This document shows, piece after piece, positions 38,774-48,442 of a stretch of DNA of 64,000 nt (its first letter is position 1; every line of letters begins with the position of its first letter). The translations under genes were made by a program, and so were the position numbers. The notes below the pieces were generated by a model. The model searched no databases, was not told where the DNA came from, and saw nothing but the letters and a program-made list of their open reading frames with translations. Source of the DNA: a virus (Duplodnaviria > Heunggongvirae > Uroviricota > Caudoviricetes); the IMG/VR virus record IMGVR_UViG_3300027749_005140, positions 1-64,000 of that record. One strand, given 5' to 3'.

Positions 38774-38841
38774 AAAAGTGACTATGTGCGGGTCGAAAGA
38801 CTTGAAAAGCCAACCGAAATAGTCTAACGTGGTCACTTTTT
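38774..38841 (+). other. extended imperfect hairpin flanked by A-run and T-run
   Basis: aaaagtgactat ... atagtc taacgt ggtcactttttt; not a tRNA (no T-loop). Confidence 0.3.
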
Positions 38842-38848
38842 AGAATAT

Positions 38849-38921
38849 GGTGTATTCGTCTAGTGGTAAGGATTACGCTTTTTCAAAGCGGAGGACGTCG
38901 GTTCGAATCCGACATACACTA
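38849..38921 (+). tRNA. tRNA-Glu (anticodon TTC)
   Basis: Acceptor ggtgtat/atacact, D-arm tcgtctagtggtaaggat (Glu-like), loop ttttcaa, T-arm gtcgg ttcgaat ccgac. Confidence 0.5.
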
Positions 38922-38925
38922 CAAA

Positions 38926-38987
38926 TGTAAGTAGAGCTCCGGTGACTTCTACCTAACCGGGCATTGTGCTTGAGTAGAAGACTTACA
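38926..38987 (+). other. nested hairpin element between tRNA genes
   Basis: tgtaagt..cttctac..gtagaag..acttaca nested inverted repeats. Confidence 0.25.
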
Positions 38988-38991
38988 AAAT

Positions 38992-39066
38992 GCTGCTATC
39001 GTCTAACGGTAGGACAACATCTTCTCAAGGTGTGAGATACGGGTTCGATCCCCGTTAGCAGCACCA
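38992..39066 (+). tRNA. tRNA-Glu (anticodon CTC) with encoded CCA
   Basis: Perfect acceptor gctgcta/tagcagc, loop ttctcaa, T-arm acggg ttcgatc cccgt, followed by a cca. Confidence 0.55.
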
Positions 39067-39182
39067 AACAGATACTTGAGTGCAAGCAAGTTATAGTATC
39101 AGTCGTTAGGTCCTTGCAGACAGTGAACGGTGGTCCGAATGTCATTATTCGGTGGTGGATACCAGGCAACTCCATCATATAT

Positions 39183-39254
39183 GATCCGGTCTTCTAATGG
39201 TCAGGAAGCAAGGTTTTCATCCTTGTAATCAGGGTTCGATTCCCTGTCGGATTA
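39183..39254 (+). tRNA. tRNA-like, anticodon TTC (Glu-like; G1:U72 and G7:U66 wobbles)
   Basis: Acceptor gatccgg/tcggatt, stem caagg/ccttg, loop ttttcat, T-arm caggg ttcgatt ccctg. Confidence 0.4.
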
Positions 39255-39264
39255 CAAAAAAAAT

Positions 39265-39338
39265 TGGTAAGTAGCTTAGACGGTAGAAGCATCTGTCTTA
39301 TACACAGAAGATAGTGGGTTCGATACCCACCTTACCAA
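39265..39338 (+). tRNA. tRNA-Ile (anticodon TAT)
   Basis: Acceptor tggtaag/cttacca, stem tctgt/acaga, loop cttatac, T-arm gtggg ttcgata cccac. Confidence 0.55.
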
Positions 39339-39345
39339 CAAAATC

Positions 39346-39419
39346 GCGGGAGTCGTATAATGGCTCGATTATGCTGGCTTTCCACGTCAGAGACGAGGGT
39401 TCGATTCCCTTCTCCCGCA
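39346..39419 (+). tRNA. tRNA-Gly (anticodon TCC)
   Basis: Acceptor gcgggag/ctcccgc, stem ctggc/gtcag, loop tttccac, T-arm gaggg ttcgatt ccctt. Confidence 0.55.
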
Positions 39420-39428
39420 CCGCATAAT

Positions 39429-39502
39429 GCAAATGTATATCAATTGGTAGATAGTCTCGTTGCCAACGAGAAGGCTTGCGGGTTCGAGCCCCGTCATTTG
39501 CT
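39429..39502 (+). tRNA. tRNA-Gly (anticodon GCC)
   Basis: Acceptor gcaaatg/catttgc, stem tctcg/cgaga, loop ttgccaa. Confidence 0.6.
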
Positions 39503-39600
39503 CAGTAGAAGTGGTTTAAGTTATAGAAATCTCTATATCTAAGACGTTAGATGTAAATTTTTATACACCACTTTAATTATAAAGATAGTAGTAATATAAA

Positions 39601-39700
39601 GCGTTACTTCGTATTCAAACGACTATTATAGGTTCGAATCCTATTGTCCGCACAAATAATTAAATTGCGGATATAGTGTAATGGTAGCACAGTAAAATAC
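39601..39700 (+). other. two orphan tRNA halves: a 3' half (T-arm + acceptor 3') lying upstream of a 5' half (acceptor 5' + D-arm); their acceptor strands are mutually complementary
   Basis: ...ataggttcgaatcctat tgtccgc a (39628-39652) and gcggata ta gtgtaatggtagcac (39667-39690); tgtccgc pairs perfectly with gcggata. Confidence 0.25.
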
Positions 39701-39728
39701 GCTTAATAAACTTTCTCTATCTTATTTT

Positions 39729-39800
39729 GGGGCTATCGTATAATGGCTATTACACAGGGTTTGCAACTCTGATATTCCGGATCGTCCCCGGATAGCTCCA
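39729..39800 (+). tRNA. tRNA-Ala-like (anticodon TGC) with non-canonical T-loop
   Basis: Acceptor ggggcta/tagctcc (G3:U70 present), stem caggg/ctctg, loop tttgcaa, T-arm tccgg atcgtcc ccgga. Confidence 0.45.
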
Positions 39801-39977
39801 CAAAAAATAAAAAATAGATATGAAAACTAAAGAACAGTCGCTGGACGCATTTTAGTCACAGAAGAATATAAATCTTACTGTGACGGTAATAAAACAGAAA
39901 GAATTAAAAGATCATTAGTAAAAAATGGTTCACGTAATGATAGAAAATTACAAAAATATTCTGATAAATTTAACAAA

Positions 39978-40358
39978 ATGTTTGAGTTTTATTTCAAAAT
40001 TTACAGAAGTGGTTTAGTTAAATTCTGTGGTGATATTGTTAAGGTAGACTTTGATGTAAATGGTTCAGAAGGAAAATTTGCATTTAGAGAATATGATAAT
40101 GGTCGTTTTAAATTAATAACACCTATATCAAGACATCCTAATATACTTCAATCAGTAATTATTGGTAAAAAAGGTTGGGGATTATGGGTAAGTCAATGGA
40201 CTGATGGAATTGTTGACTGGTCATTCACAAAAGAAGAAATACTAAAAGAATTTGAATTAAGAGATATAGAAATACCAGAATCACTAATGATTGAATGGGA
40301 TAAATTGATCTTAAAAAGAAAAATTATACGAAATGAGAATTATATAAAATCTAAATAA
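39978..40358 (+). CDS. hypothetical protein
   Basis: ORF followed by a terminator. Confidence 0.3.
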   Translation: MFEFYFKIYRSGLVKFCGDIVKVDFDVNGSEGKFAFREYDNGRFKLITPISRHPNILQSVIIGKKGWGLWVSQWTDGIVDWSFTKEEILKEFELRDIEIPESLMIEWDKLILKRKIIRNENYIKSK

Positions 40359-40384
40359 TCCGAGAATATTCTCGGATTTTTTTA
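40357..40384 (+). terminator. rho-independent terminator
   Basis: aatccgagaatattctcggatt + tttttt. Confidence 0.7.
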
Positions 40385-40403
40385 TTATATTAAATTTTTT
40401 ACT

Positions 40404-40411
40404 TACTTTTG
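40404..40411 (+). promoter_or_regulatory. -7 promoter box TAnnTTTG
   Basis: tacttttg 15 nt upstream of the ATG at 40426. Confidence 0.4.
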
Positions 40412-40425
40412 TAAAAATTAAAATT

Positions 40426-40695
40426 ATGGAAGTAAAAGATTTTCTTATAAAAGCAGGTTTAAAATCTTCTGAGGTTTCATTCTTCTATAAGAATAGAACT
40501 GATGAAAGACCAGTAGAAGTAAAAGTAATTCAATCTAGTAAGAAAGGTGAATGGGAGGTAATTAGAGAAAGTCAAATTCAAGGTAGAACTGAGTATGCTG
40601 GTTTCTTCACTACTTTCTCTACTCTCTGGGTTAAAACATCATCAAGATTTTTACAAATAGGTAAATTGTTACAAGAATTAAATGCTGTTGAATAA
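40426..40695 (+). CDS. hypothetical protein
   Basis: ORF. Confidence 0.3.
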   Translation: MEVKDFLIKAGLKSSEVSFFYKNRTDERPVEVKVIQSSKKGEWEVIRESQIQGRTEYAGFFTTFSTLWVKTSSRFLQIGKLLQELNAVE

Positions 40696-41164
40696 AGATA
40701 CACCGAGAAGAATTAAACAACGTCAAGATTGTCGTACTGTTGAACAAATAAAAGATTTTGTTAAGCAGTATTTCGACATATACGAAAGGTATGAAAATCG
40801 ACAGTTTGGACATCAAAGTAACTTCACTTTAGTTTACAAAGACAAACCAAAAGGAAATAATCATACTGACATCAACATAAAACTTGTTTGGTATAATGAT
40901 GAAGAATTAGTTACTGAGGTTAGTTTAGAATGGTATAAAGGATGGAGGTCAGATGAATGTAAATACAAAAAATTGGAGTGGACATTTAAGAATGATGATT
41001 TCAATTACGAATGTTGGTTTCTATGGAACGAACAAGGTCGTAAAGATATAGTAGAAAACTGTGACATATTGACAGAGATTACAAATTTTATCATTGAATA
41101 CGAACCAAGATTATCAACCGCTCTATTAAGAGAGAAGAATTTAAAACAATTACTCGGGATATAG
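40682..41164 (+). CDS. hypothetical protein
   Basis: ORF. Confidence 0.3.
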   Translation: MLLNKDTPRRIKQRQDCRTVEQIKDFVKQYFDIYERYENRQFGHQSNFTLVYKDKPKGNNHTDINIKLVWYNDEELVTEVSLEWYKGWRSDECKYKKLEWTFKNDDFNYECWFLWNEQGRKDIVENCDILTEITNFIIEYEPRLSTALLREKNLKQLLGI

Positions 41165-41195
41165 TATAAGTTTATATTATATATCATGATGTTAC

Positions 41196-41840
41196 ATGTT
41201 TTTAGAAACACTAATAAAAAAAATTAAAAAGAAAATGAATAAAATTGAATACGATCCATTTGTAACCAGACAATTCTCACAGAATTTCTCTGGAACTAAA
41301 GTTGATCCCGAAGTTAAAGATGAACTATTAGAAGTAATAAACGATGCTTATGAGTATATGTCAACAGAATCTATGTTAGACTCTGAATGGGATTTCTGTA
41401 AGTACTTGGTTTTACCAAATGAGTTTGGTGTAAAATGTGCTGTTAGAGAAATTACATTAGACATTTATCCTTATATTAGAACAGACTATTCTCAAAGAAC
41501 ACCAGAGGAATTGGCTGTTCTAACTAGATATGTTCAATTACCACCTGGATTCAAATCAGCAGAAGCAAACTATATTGTTTTAGTTCTTTACTCAAAAGAA
41601 CAACTTCAAAAGGAATTTAAACCAAAAGAAGAAGGACAAGAATTCTACTTTGATGATTCTGTTGATTGGGGTGTGGTAAGCATAATGGGTACGATGGAGC
41701 CGAAGCCAGATCCACTTGTACCAATTACTATTATGAGAAATGCTTTAGGCGTTGAAGAAGGTGGCAACGGAGAAACATTAAATAGAAAAGTTTATAATGA
41801 ATCAGTGGAATTCTGGTCTAAATATATTTTAGTTAAGTAA
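41196..41840 (+). CDS. hypothetical protein
   Basis: ORF. Confidence 0.3.
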   Translation: MFLETLIKKIKKKMNKIEYDPFVTRQFSQNFSGTKVDPEVKDELLEVINDAYEYMSTESMLDSEWDFCKYLVLPNEFGVKCAVREITLDIYPYIRTDYSQRTPEELAVLTRYVQLPPGFKSAEANYIVLVLYSKEQLQKEFKPKEEGQEFYFDDSVDWGVVSIMGTMEPKPDPLVPITIMRNALGVEEGGNGETLNRKVYNESVEFWSKYILVK

Positions 41841-42076
41841 TGAAAAAATTTATAATCACATTTATCGTATCATTTATTATATTCTATTTAATTGAGTATT
41901 CATTACACTATTTCTTCGATATAGACCTCGATACACTTGAATTAGGATGGTTAGGATGGCTTGGCTTCATAATTGTATATGGATTTAAGTTTCACATTTT
42001 TTGTTGCCTTATACCTCTTATTATTACTTCGTATAAATGTAAACATAAAAAATGTGAACACGATCACTGTAAATAA
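41840..42076 (+). CDS. small membrane protein with Cys/His-rich tail
   Basis: Two predicted TM helices, C-terminal CKHKKCEHDHCK. Confidence 0.3.
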   Translation: MKKFIITFIVSFIIFYLIEYSLHYFFDIDLDTLELGWLGWLGFIIVYGFKFHIFCCLIPLIITSYKCKHKKCEHDHCK

Positions 42077-42140
42077 ACCACCTTTTACTAGGTAATTACA
42101 AATATATGTTGTATATTTGCCCAATAAAATAAAAAAAAAT

Positions 42141-42896
42141 ATGGAACTTAAAGACATAAACGTAGATACAATTACATCAGACGAACTTTCAAAGATTGAC
42201 TTTTCAGATTTTGCTAGTTTACTAACAGACTTAAAAAACGACCACTTAACAACTGATGAAGAAAGAAAAACTTTCTTAACTGTTTTAAAAAGAATGTATG
42301 GTGGAGACTCATTCCCACATGTTGACATCTATCTTAAAAATACTCAATCTGGAGAACTTATTGAGAAGAAATTCGTTGATATGGTAAACGGAATTACTCG
42401 TGTAACAAGTGAAAACTATGACTTCTTATATGATGATAAGAAAGGTGAAATCAAATCTATTAGAGTAATGTCTAGTAAAGATAAAGATAAGTATCCTGTA
42501 CAAAGAGCAATGTCTATCTTTGAAAAACAAACCTGTCTTTCTAACACAAGTTTTCAGCAAATTAAACCAAGTGAGTTCGACTCAATGGTTGGTGTGTTAG
42601 TCTATAAAGACGGTATAAGTATATACAATGTTCCAAATACAGTATTCCACCCAACAGTGATTAAGAAAACTGATAAAACTAAGAAAGCTTTCATCAAAGA
42701 ATTAAATGATGCGGGTAAAATTGTTTTATCTGGACAACACAAGTCTAACTTAACAGAAGGACAAATTGGATTTAACGAATTGAAAAAATATCTTAAATTC
42801 TCACTTTATGTAAAAGATGGTAATTACTACTACGTAGAGAATGGTAAGAAAACTGACAAACTATACACTAACTTAGACTTTAGTGACTTGCTATAA
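42141..42896 (+). CDS. hypothetical protein (start revised)
   Basis: Promoter box tatatttg at 42112-42119; first Met after it at 42141. Confidence 0.3.
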   Translation: MELKDINVDTITSDELSKIDFSDFASLLTDLKNDHLTTDEERKTFLTVLKRMYGGDSFPHVDIYLKNTQSGELIEKKFVDMVNGITRVTSENYDFLYDDKKGEIKSIRVMSSKDKDKYPVQRAMSIFEKQTCLSNTSFQQIKPSEFDSMVGVLVYKDGISIYNVPNTVFHPTVIKKTDKTKKAFIKELNDAGKIVLSGQHKSNLTEGQIGFNELKKYLKFSLYVKDGNYYYVENGKKTDKLYTNLDFSDLL

Positions 42897-42898
42897 TA

Positions 42899-42930
42899 AA
42901 AAAGGAGACTAATGTCTCCTTTTTTTATTT
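42899..42930. terminator. bidirectional terminator between convergent genes
   Basis: aaaaggagactaatgtctcctttttt. Confidence 0.65.
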
Positions 42931-44352
42931 CTTATATTTAAACTCTTCCATAAATTCTACCGGTACTCCAAAGTAAAACTTACTATAAGTTTTCTTAATA
43001 TTCTTATACCAATCAGATTTGTAGATAAATATCATATACTCATAAATCATATCAATTGGCATTTCAGTATTTTCATACCAATACTTTTTAAATTCATCCG
43101 TAAGATTATCTTCTATACCAGCAAGAGGAATAGTTCTTATACTTCCTGGACTAGAGTTTCTATTTGCATCATAATCTGTGTATCCATAATAATCTGTTGA
43201 TATTGATGTTGGATTACTTGTGAAGTAAAAAGACTCACCAGGATTACTGTTTATAAGATAAACAAATGAAACCTTTTTAATACTCTCGTGTCTAAAATAG
43301 AATCTCCATTCATTTCTATGTTTTATTCTTTTGTAGTTATCAATATTCTGAAATATCGATAGATCATAAGAATCTTTAATCTCATTTACATAACTTAGAA
43401 TTATAGCTAACTTCTTATCATCAATTTTACTCAGGTGATGTGAATTATTATAAGATAGTTTATCCTTTAAATTAGTAAGATTAGTTTCTTCAAAAAACAT
43501 ACTACATACTCTTTCCATAAAATGTTCTTTAGATTCATCTTTACAAGAAAGTAAAAATGATTCAGCAGGAACACTACCTAAATAAGTTTTCTTAAAAATC
43601 TTGTTATAAGGTATGATATTCTGATTAGCACCTAAGAAATCATCTAATAAAATTTCCTCGTCATTATACAACATAGTTTTACTATTAGTAATATTAGTAG
43701 TAAAATGAACAAGTATTAAATTCTGACTTACATTCTCAAAGTTACTTTTATCAATGTCTTTTATAGAAACAATATTCAAATGGTTATTTAAGAAAGTATA
43801 AAATGACTTAAATGCTTTAGTTGGGTTTTGAAAGATTGTTTTTGGTAGAATATAGAAAACATCTGCTTCTTTATTCACATTTTTAATAACATCAAGTGTT
43901 TTTACTATAAAGAATATACATTCTTCTTTTACACCATCAATACTATATAATCTTTTCAATCTATCAATCTCTGGCTTTCTATCTTTCAAAGATAATGCTG
44001 GAGTTCTATAAGGTGGATTACCAACTAATAAAATTCTATCACAATCTTCGATGAAGTCTTTATCTAAATCAAAATCATAAATATTCTGATTTATCAATTG
44101 ACAATTATCTATTGGTGTAAACTCTGAGAAAACTTCATCATCTATCTCAACTGCAACAATCTTATTTTTATAAACTTTTCTAAATGATTTGACAAAATTA
44201 CCAGAACCAAAAGATGGTTCTATAAAAACTGTTTTATCAGTAATCTCAACAGGTAGTTCTGAAATAATTTTATCAGTACCTTCTATCTTAGTATTATACT
44301 GACCGAGTATTTCTACTTTTGTATAATTATCTTTATTTGTTGCTTTTCTCAT
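42925..44352 (-). CDS. N6-adenine DNA methyltransferase (gamma-class, motif I then NPPY)
   Basis: EPSFGSGNF (motif I) followed by LLVGNPPYRT (motif IV). Confidence 0.6.
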   Translation of the reverse strand: MRKATNKDNYTKVEILGQYNTKIEGTDKIISELPVEITDKTVFIEPSFGSGNFVKSFRKVYKNKIVAVEIDDEVFSEFTPIDNCQLINQNIYDFDLDKDFIEDCDRILLVGNPPYRTPALSLKDRKPEIDRLKRLYSIDGVKEECIFFIVKTLDVIKNVNKEADVFYILPKTIFQNPTKAFKSFYTFLNNHLNIVSIKDIDKSNFENVSQNLILVHFTTNITNSKTMLYNDEEILLDDFLGANQNIIPYNKIFKKTYLGSVPAESFLLSCKDESKEHFMERVCSMFFEETNLTNLKDKLSYNNSHHLSKIDDKKLAIILSYVNEIKDSYDLSIFQNIDNYKRIKHRNEWRFYFRHESIKKVSFVYLINSNPGESFYFTSNPTSISTDYYGYTDYDANRNSSPGSIRTIPLAGIEDNLTDEFKKYWYENTEMPIDMIYEYMIFIYKSDWYKNIKKTYSKFYFGVPVEFMEEFKYKK

Positions 44353-44429
44353 TATAAAAATTGTTTATTATTATATGAGTATATAGAATTAAAGTTTCAA
44401 CTTTACTTTGTATTATCAATATAATTCAT

Positions 44430-44437
44430 TATCTTTG
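44430..44437 (+). promoter_or_regulatory. -7 promoter box TAnnTTTG
   Basis: tatctttg 21 nt upstream of the ATG at 44458. Confidence 0.4.
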
Positions 44438-44457
44438 TTATCTAAATATAAAATAAT

Positions 44458-44895
44458 ATGGAAGATAATGTTAGTGTAGTTTATGATATTTTTTCAGAAT
44501 CATCTTGGGAAAATATCTATCAATTTGAAAAGGATATTAGAAGAATAACTGATAAGAAATTCTTACTTGGTTTATTAATGGAGTTTGTTAGAGCAGATCT
44601 TAATTATGATGTAGATAAAGAATACATTAGTGAACTAATGCTTTCTATTGATGATAACATTGATAATCATTTTGATGCAAGTGATTATTATATTGATAGT
44701 ATACGTAAGGATGTTAGATCAATAATGAATGATTTTTTATATCAAGGAGAAGGTGATTTAAGTGAGAATGAAGAAATGATAACTTGGATTAAAAGTCTTT
44801 CAAAAGAAGAAATTGAAATACTTGAGAGCTACTATGTTAGTAGTGAAATGTATGAGACAATAGGATTTATAATGGACATACATAAAAAAAAATAA
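44458..44895 (+). CDS. hypothetical acidic protein
   Basis: ORF. Confidence 0.3.
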   Translation: MEDNVSVVYDIFSESSWENIYQFEKDIRRITDKKFLLGLLMEFVRADLNYDVDKEYISELMLSIDDNIDNHFDASDYYIDSIRKDVRSIMNDFLYQGEGDLSENEEMITWIKSLSKEEIEILESYYVSSEMYETIGFIMDIHKKK

Positions 44896-44899
44896 AAAT

Positions 44900-47065
44900 A
44901 TGAAAGATATATACCTAATATCAACAAAAACACTACAATATCCTTCAACAATTCATAGAAGTGAATCACAAAAAGAGGATATTGAGCGTGGTTGTATTAT
45001 AAAAGTTGGTGAGGCCATAGATGCAGAAGTTAGGGTTGAGACACTTGATGGAACATTTGTTTTTGAAAAACCAATAATATTGAAAGTTTGGAAAGACTCG
45101 CCTATGACCGATAAGGAAATACACATAGAACTTGAAAAAAGAGGATTTCCTAAATATAGAGAAGATAGAGATAGAGAGTTCTTTGAATGGCAAAGTCAAG
45201 AACAAGCCATCAGAGAAATAAATAATATAATCTATGGAACAAAAAAACTAAAAACATACTCTGCTAGACCAGAACAATCCGAAATGGTAGATGGTGTATG
45301 TAAACTATTTAATATACAATTAAATAGAAAAGATAAAAGAGATTTATCACGTAAATGTAAAGGTCGTGCACTTATTAACGCAAAAATGAGAGCAGGTAAA
45401 TGTCATATATCATATAGAATAATCAAAAAAATGAATTTTAAAAGAATTCTAGTTTTAACATATAAACCAAACGGTGTTGCAGAAAGCTGGGAAGATGATA
45501 TTGATCACGTTGATTTTAAAGACTTTATCTTTAAAAAAGCAATAGATTTATCAGATGTTAAATTTGAGGAAGGTGATAAAGTACAGATAATCTTCTCATC
45601 ATTCCAAGATGCACTTGGTGAAGTAAGAGATCAAGATGGTAATATTATTAAACAAAATAAAGATAAATGGAATAATATCTTTGGACAAAAAATCGACTTG
45701 ATTATCAAAGATGAGGATCATTATGGGTATGAAACTGAAAGATCAACTAACTTTTTATCTAAGTTAGATTATGATTTTGAATTGTCTCTATCAGGAACCC
45801 CATTTAAAGCAATTTTAGATGGTAAATATGAAAAAGATGAGGTTTTTACCTGGACATATTTACAAGAGCAAGTAAAAAGAAATGAAGAGAAAGAAAAAGG
45901 ATGGAACACACAGGTTTATAGAGCACTTCCAGAATTTGAGGTATTTTTATGTAAATATGATAATGATATTATTAAAAAATTTTTAAAATATTATACAGAG
46001 GAGGAAAAAGTAACTAACTTTAAATTATTCTCAAATGAGAGAATTGTGTATGATTTTTTAACTTGGATTAAAATGGACCCAAGTATGAATAATCTTATTA
46101 CAAACCATATGTTTTGGTACTTACCACAAGTTATAAACTGTGATACTATTGAAAGTATTATTAAAATACATCCATATTGGAAAGATTATAGTATAATAAA
46201 CGCATCTGGTAATAGTGTTAGAGATTTAGAAGATACTAAAAATAATATTTTTAATAAAAAAGCAAATTCTATAACACTCTCTTGTGGAAGATGGAATACA
46301 GGTTCAACAGTTCCACAATGGAATTCTGTTTGGATGTTAGATGATGGATACTCTGCAGAAAATTGGTTTCAGACAGGTATGAGATCAGGTAGTCCTTTTA
46401 TTAGTAGAGAAGGAGAGGTTTTAAAAGAGAAAGTACATATCGTCGATTTTAATTCTGATAGAATGTTGAAATGTTATATTGAATACTCAACAGTTATATC
46501 TAAATATACTGGTTATGAAGCATCGGAATTTAGCACCGAAATGCTAAAGTGTATGCCCATTTTCAGTGTTGATGGAGCAACTATCAATAAAATTGACAGT
46601 GATGATCTACTTGAGCACTTTAATAGATTTTTAACCGATTCATTTGGTTCACTATCTCTTTTAGATAGAGATAAATTTGACAGTGATATAAAAGATATAC
46701 TTGAGGATATAAATGGAAATTTATCAAAGGAAGAATTATTATCAATGAATAAATCATCAAAAGGTAGAGGTAAAGATAATCAAAGAACAAAAGTTAGTGA
46801 AGGTGTCAAAGGTGAAGTTGAAAAAATTGAAGATTATGTTATAAAAGCAAGGTTGATTACTAATAGATTTAAAAACTTCCTATTTGTGATTGATAAGATT
46901 TCAAACATAGATGATATTTTTAAATATAAAGAAGAGTTTAAAACTCAAACAGGAGTTGAAGCAGAAAAATTCAAAATACTTTTAGATAAAGGATTCATTT
47001 TGAAAGAGAAAATAAATGATAGTATTGATTTATTCAATATTAACAACGAATACTTATATAACTAA
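44900..47065 (+). CDS. SF2 (SNF2/ResIII-like) helicase-family protein
   Basis: Motif Ia KPNGVAESW, motif II DLIIKDEDH (DExH), motif III LSGTPF, motif VI-like FQTGMRSGSP; Walker A degenerate (RAGKCH). Confidence 0.45.
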   Translation: MKDIYLISTKTLQYPSTIHRSESQKEDIERGCIIKVGEAIDAEVRVETLDGTFVFEKPIILKVWKDSPMTDKEIHIELEKRGFPKYREDRDREFFEWQSQEQAIREINNIIYGTKKLKTYSARPEQSEMVDGVCKLFNIQLNRKDKRDLSRKCKGRALINAKMRAGKCHISYRIIKKMNFKRILVLTYKPNGVAESWEDDIDHVDFKDFIFKKAIDLSDVKFEEGDKVQIIFSSFQDALGEVRDQDGNIIKQNKDKWNNIFGQKIDLIIKDEDHYGYETERSTNFLSKLDYDFELSLSGTPFKAILDGKYEKDEVFTWTYLQEQVKRNEEKEKGWNTQVYRALPEFEVFLCKYDNDIIKKFLKYYTEEEKVTNFKLFSNERIVYDFLTWIKMDPSMNNLITNHMFWYLPQVINCDTIESIIKIHPYWKDYSIINASGNSVRDLEDTKNNIFNKKANSITLSCGRWNTGSTVPQWNSVWMLDDGYSAENWFQTGMRSGSPFISREGEVLKEKVHIVDFNSDRMLKCYIEYSTVISKYTGYEASEFSTEMLKCMPIFSVDGATINKIDSDDLLEHFNRFLTDSFGSLSLLDRDKFDSDIKDILEDINGNLSKEELLSMNKSSKGRGKDNQRTKVSEGVKGEVEKIEDYVIKARLITNRFKNFLFVIDKISNIDDIFKYKEEFKTQTGVEAEKFKILLDKGFILKEKINDSIDLFNINNEYLYN

Positions 47066-48421
47066 ATGATAACAAAGGAACAACAATTAAGAATTGATAT
47101 ACTTTTTAAACAGATTTCTAATTTAGAAAGCTCTGATTCTTCTACAATGACAGAATTATCTGTTTGTAGAGATTTAATATCTCAAAAATTTGATTTTAAT
47201 TTATCGTATATGGATATATGTTGTGGTAAAGGAACAATTTTACTTTGTCTATATCTTGAATATTGGAAAAAATTAGATATACCTGATATTGAGGAAAAGA
47301 ATAAATATATCATTGATAGAATATGTGGAGTGGATATCTCAAAATCTCAAGTAGATATTACAAAAAGTACACTTAAAAAGATACAAAAAATACTGAAAAT
47401 ACACAACATTTTAGTGCCTTTTGTATATAATTATAACATACTTGACTGTGATAAAAAAGAAATAAATGACTTGAAAAGAAAATTTGATGTCGTAATAACA
47501 AATCCTCCATATAATTCGGAAAGAGGTGATAACAATCAATCTGTGGATATTTATCCAGATTTTGTAGATAAAGCATTTGAGTTGGCTGATAGATATGTAA
47601 TAATGATTACAAAATCTAATTGGATGAATAAACCATCTATGAAAGATTTTAGAGAGAAAATGATTAACAAATACAATGTTGATAAAATTGTTCATTATCC
47701 TGAAAATCCTTTTAAGGGAACACTAATATCAGGTGGTGTTTCATATTTTGTTATTGATAACAAAAACACAAAAGAAACATTTGAATTAAATGGTGTTGTT
47801 TATGATAGGAAAGTTGCCTTAGATTTTTTACCTTATGAACTTAATAAAGATGAATTATCAGTTCTAAGTAAACTACTAAAAATAGATAAAATAAACATGG
47901 ATAATTTTAGAACTCAAGGATATTATACTATAAAAACAAATGACAACAGACTAATAAGTGATAACTCTGATGAAGTTGTTGAGTGTCATGTATCAGAACA
48001 AAAGGGTAAAATAAAATATTTCCCAAGAGTATTATTCAATACTAAGATTAGTAATGATTTACTAAATCCTAAAATATTTACAACATCTGCATATGGCTCA
48101 AACCCATTTTCATTAGGTAGAATACTAAAATCTGATGGAAACCAGATATGTAGTGAAAGTTTAGTATCATGGTCATTTAATACTGTTAATGATAGAGATA
48201 TTTTTCATGATTATATGAATACTAAACTTTTCAGAGTTGCTGTTTCCTTTATAAAAAACAAAAAACATGTTAGTAAAAATACATTTTCTCTAATTCCACA
48301 AATTGATTTCTCAAAATTAGAGAAAATAGATGATGAAAATATTTACAAATACTTAAACTTAACAGAAGAAGATATTCAAACTATTGAAGAAAGATGTGAT
48401 AGACTAAAATTACTTAGGTAA
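47066..48421 (+). CDS. N6-adenine DNA methyltransferase (gamma-class)
   Basis: CCGKGTILLCL (motif I) and VITNPPYNSE (motif IV); C-terminal ~300 aa putative target-recognition domain. Confidence 0.6.
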   Translation: MITKEQQLRIDILFKQISNLESSDSSTMTELSVCRDLISQKFDFNLSYMDICCGKGTILLCLYLEYWKKLDIPDIEEKNKYIIDRICGVDISKSQVDITKSTLKKIQKILKIHNILVPFVYNYNILDCDKKEINDLKRKFDVVITNPPYNSERGDNNQSVDIYPDFVDKAFELADRYVIMITKSNWMNKPSMKDFREKMINKYNVDKIVHYPENPFKGTLISGGVSYFVIDNKNTKETFELNGVVYDRKVALDFLPYELNKDELSVLSKLLKIDKINMDNFRTQGYYTIKTNDNRLISDNSDEVVECHVSEQKGKIKYFPRVLFNTKISNDLLNPKIFTTSAYGSNPFSLGRILKSDGNQICSESLVSWSFNTVNDRDIFHDYMNTKLFRVAVSFIKNKKHVSKNTFSLIPQIDFSKLEKIDDENIYKYLNLTEEDIQTIEERCDRLKLLR

Positions 48422-48442
48422 TTATAAAAATAATAAGAAAAT

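Noticed and set aside
38996-39542. ORF-track ORFs 38996..39178 (-) and 39360..39542 (+)
   Set aside because: Lie entirely within tRNA array 2, overlapping tRNA-Glu/Gly genes; spurious.
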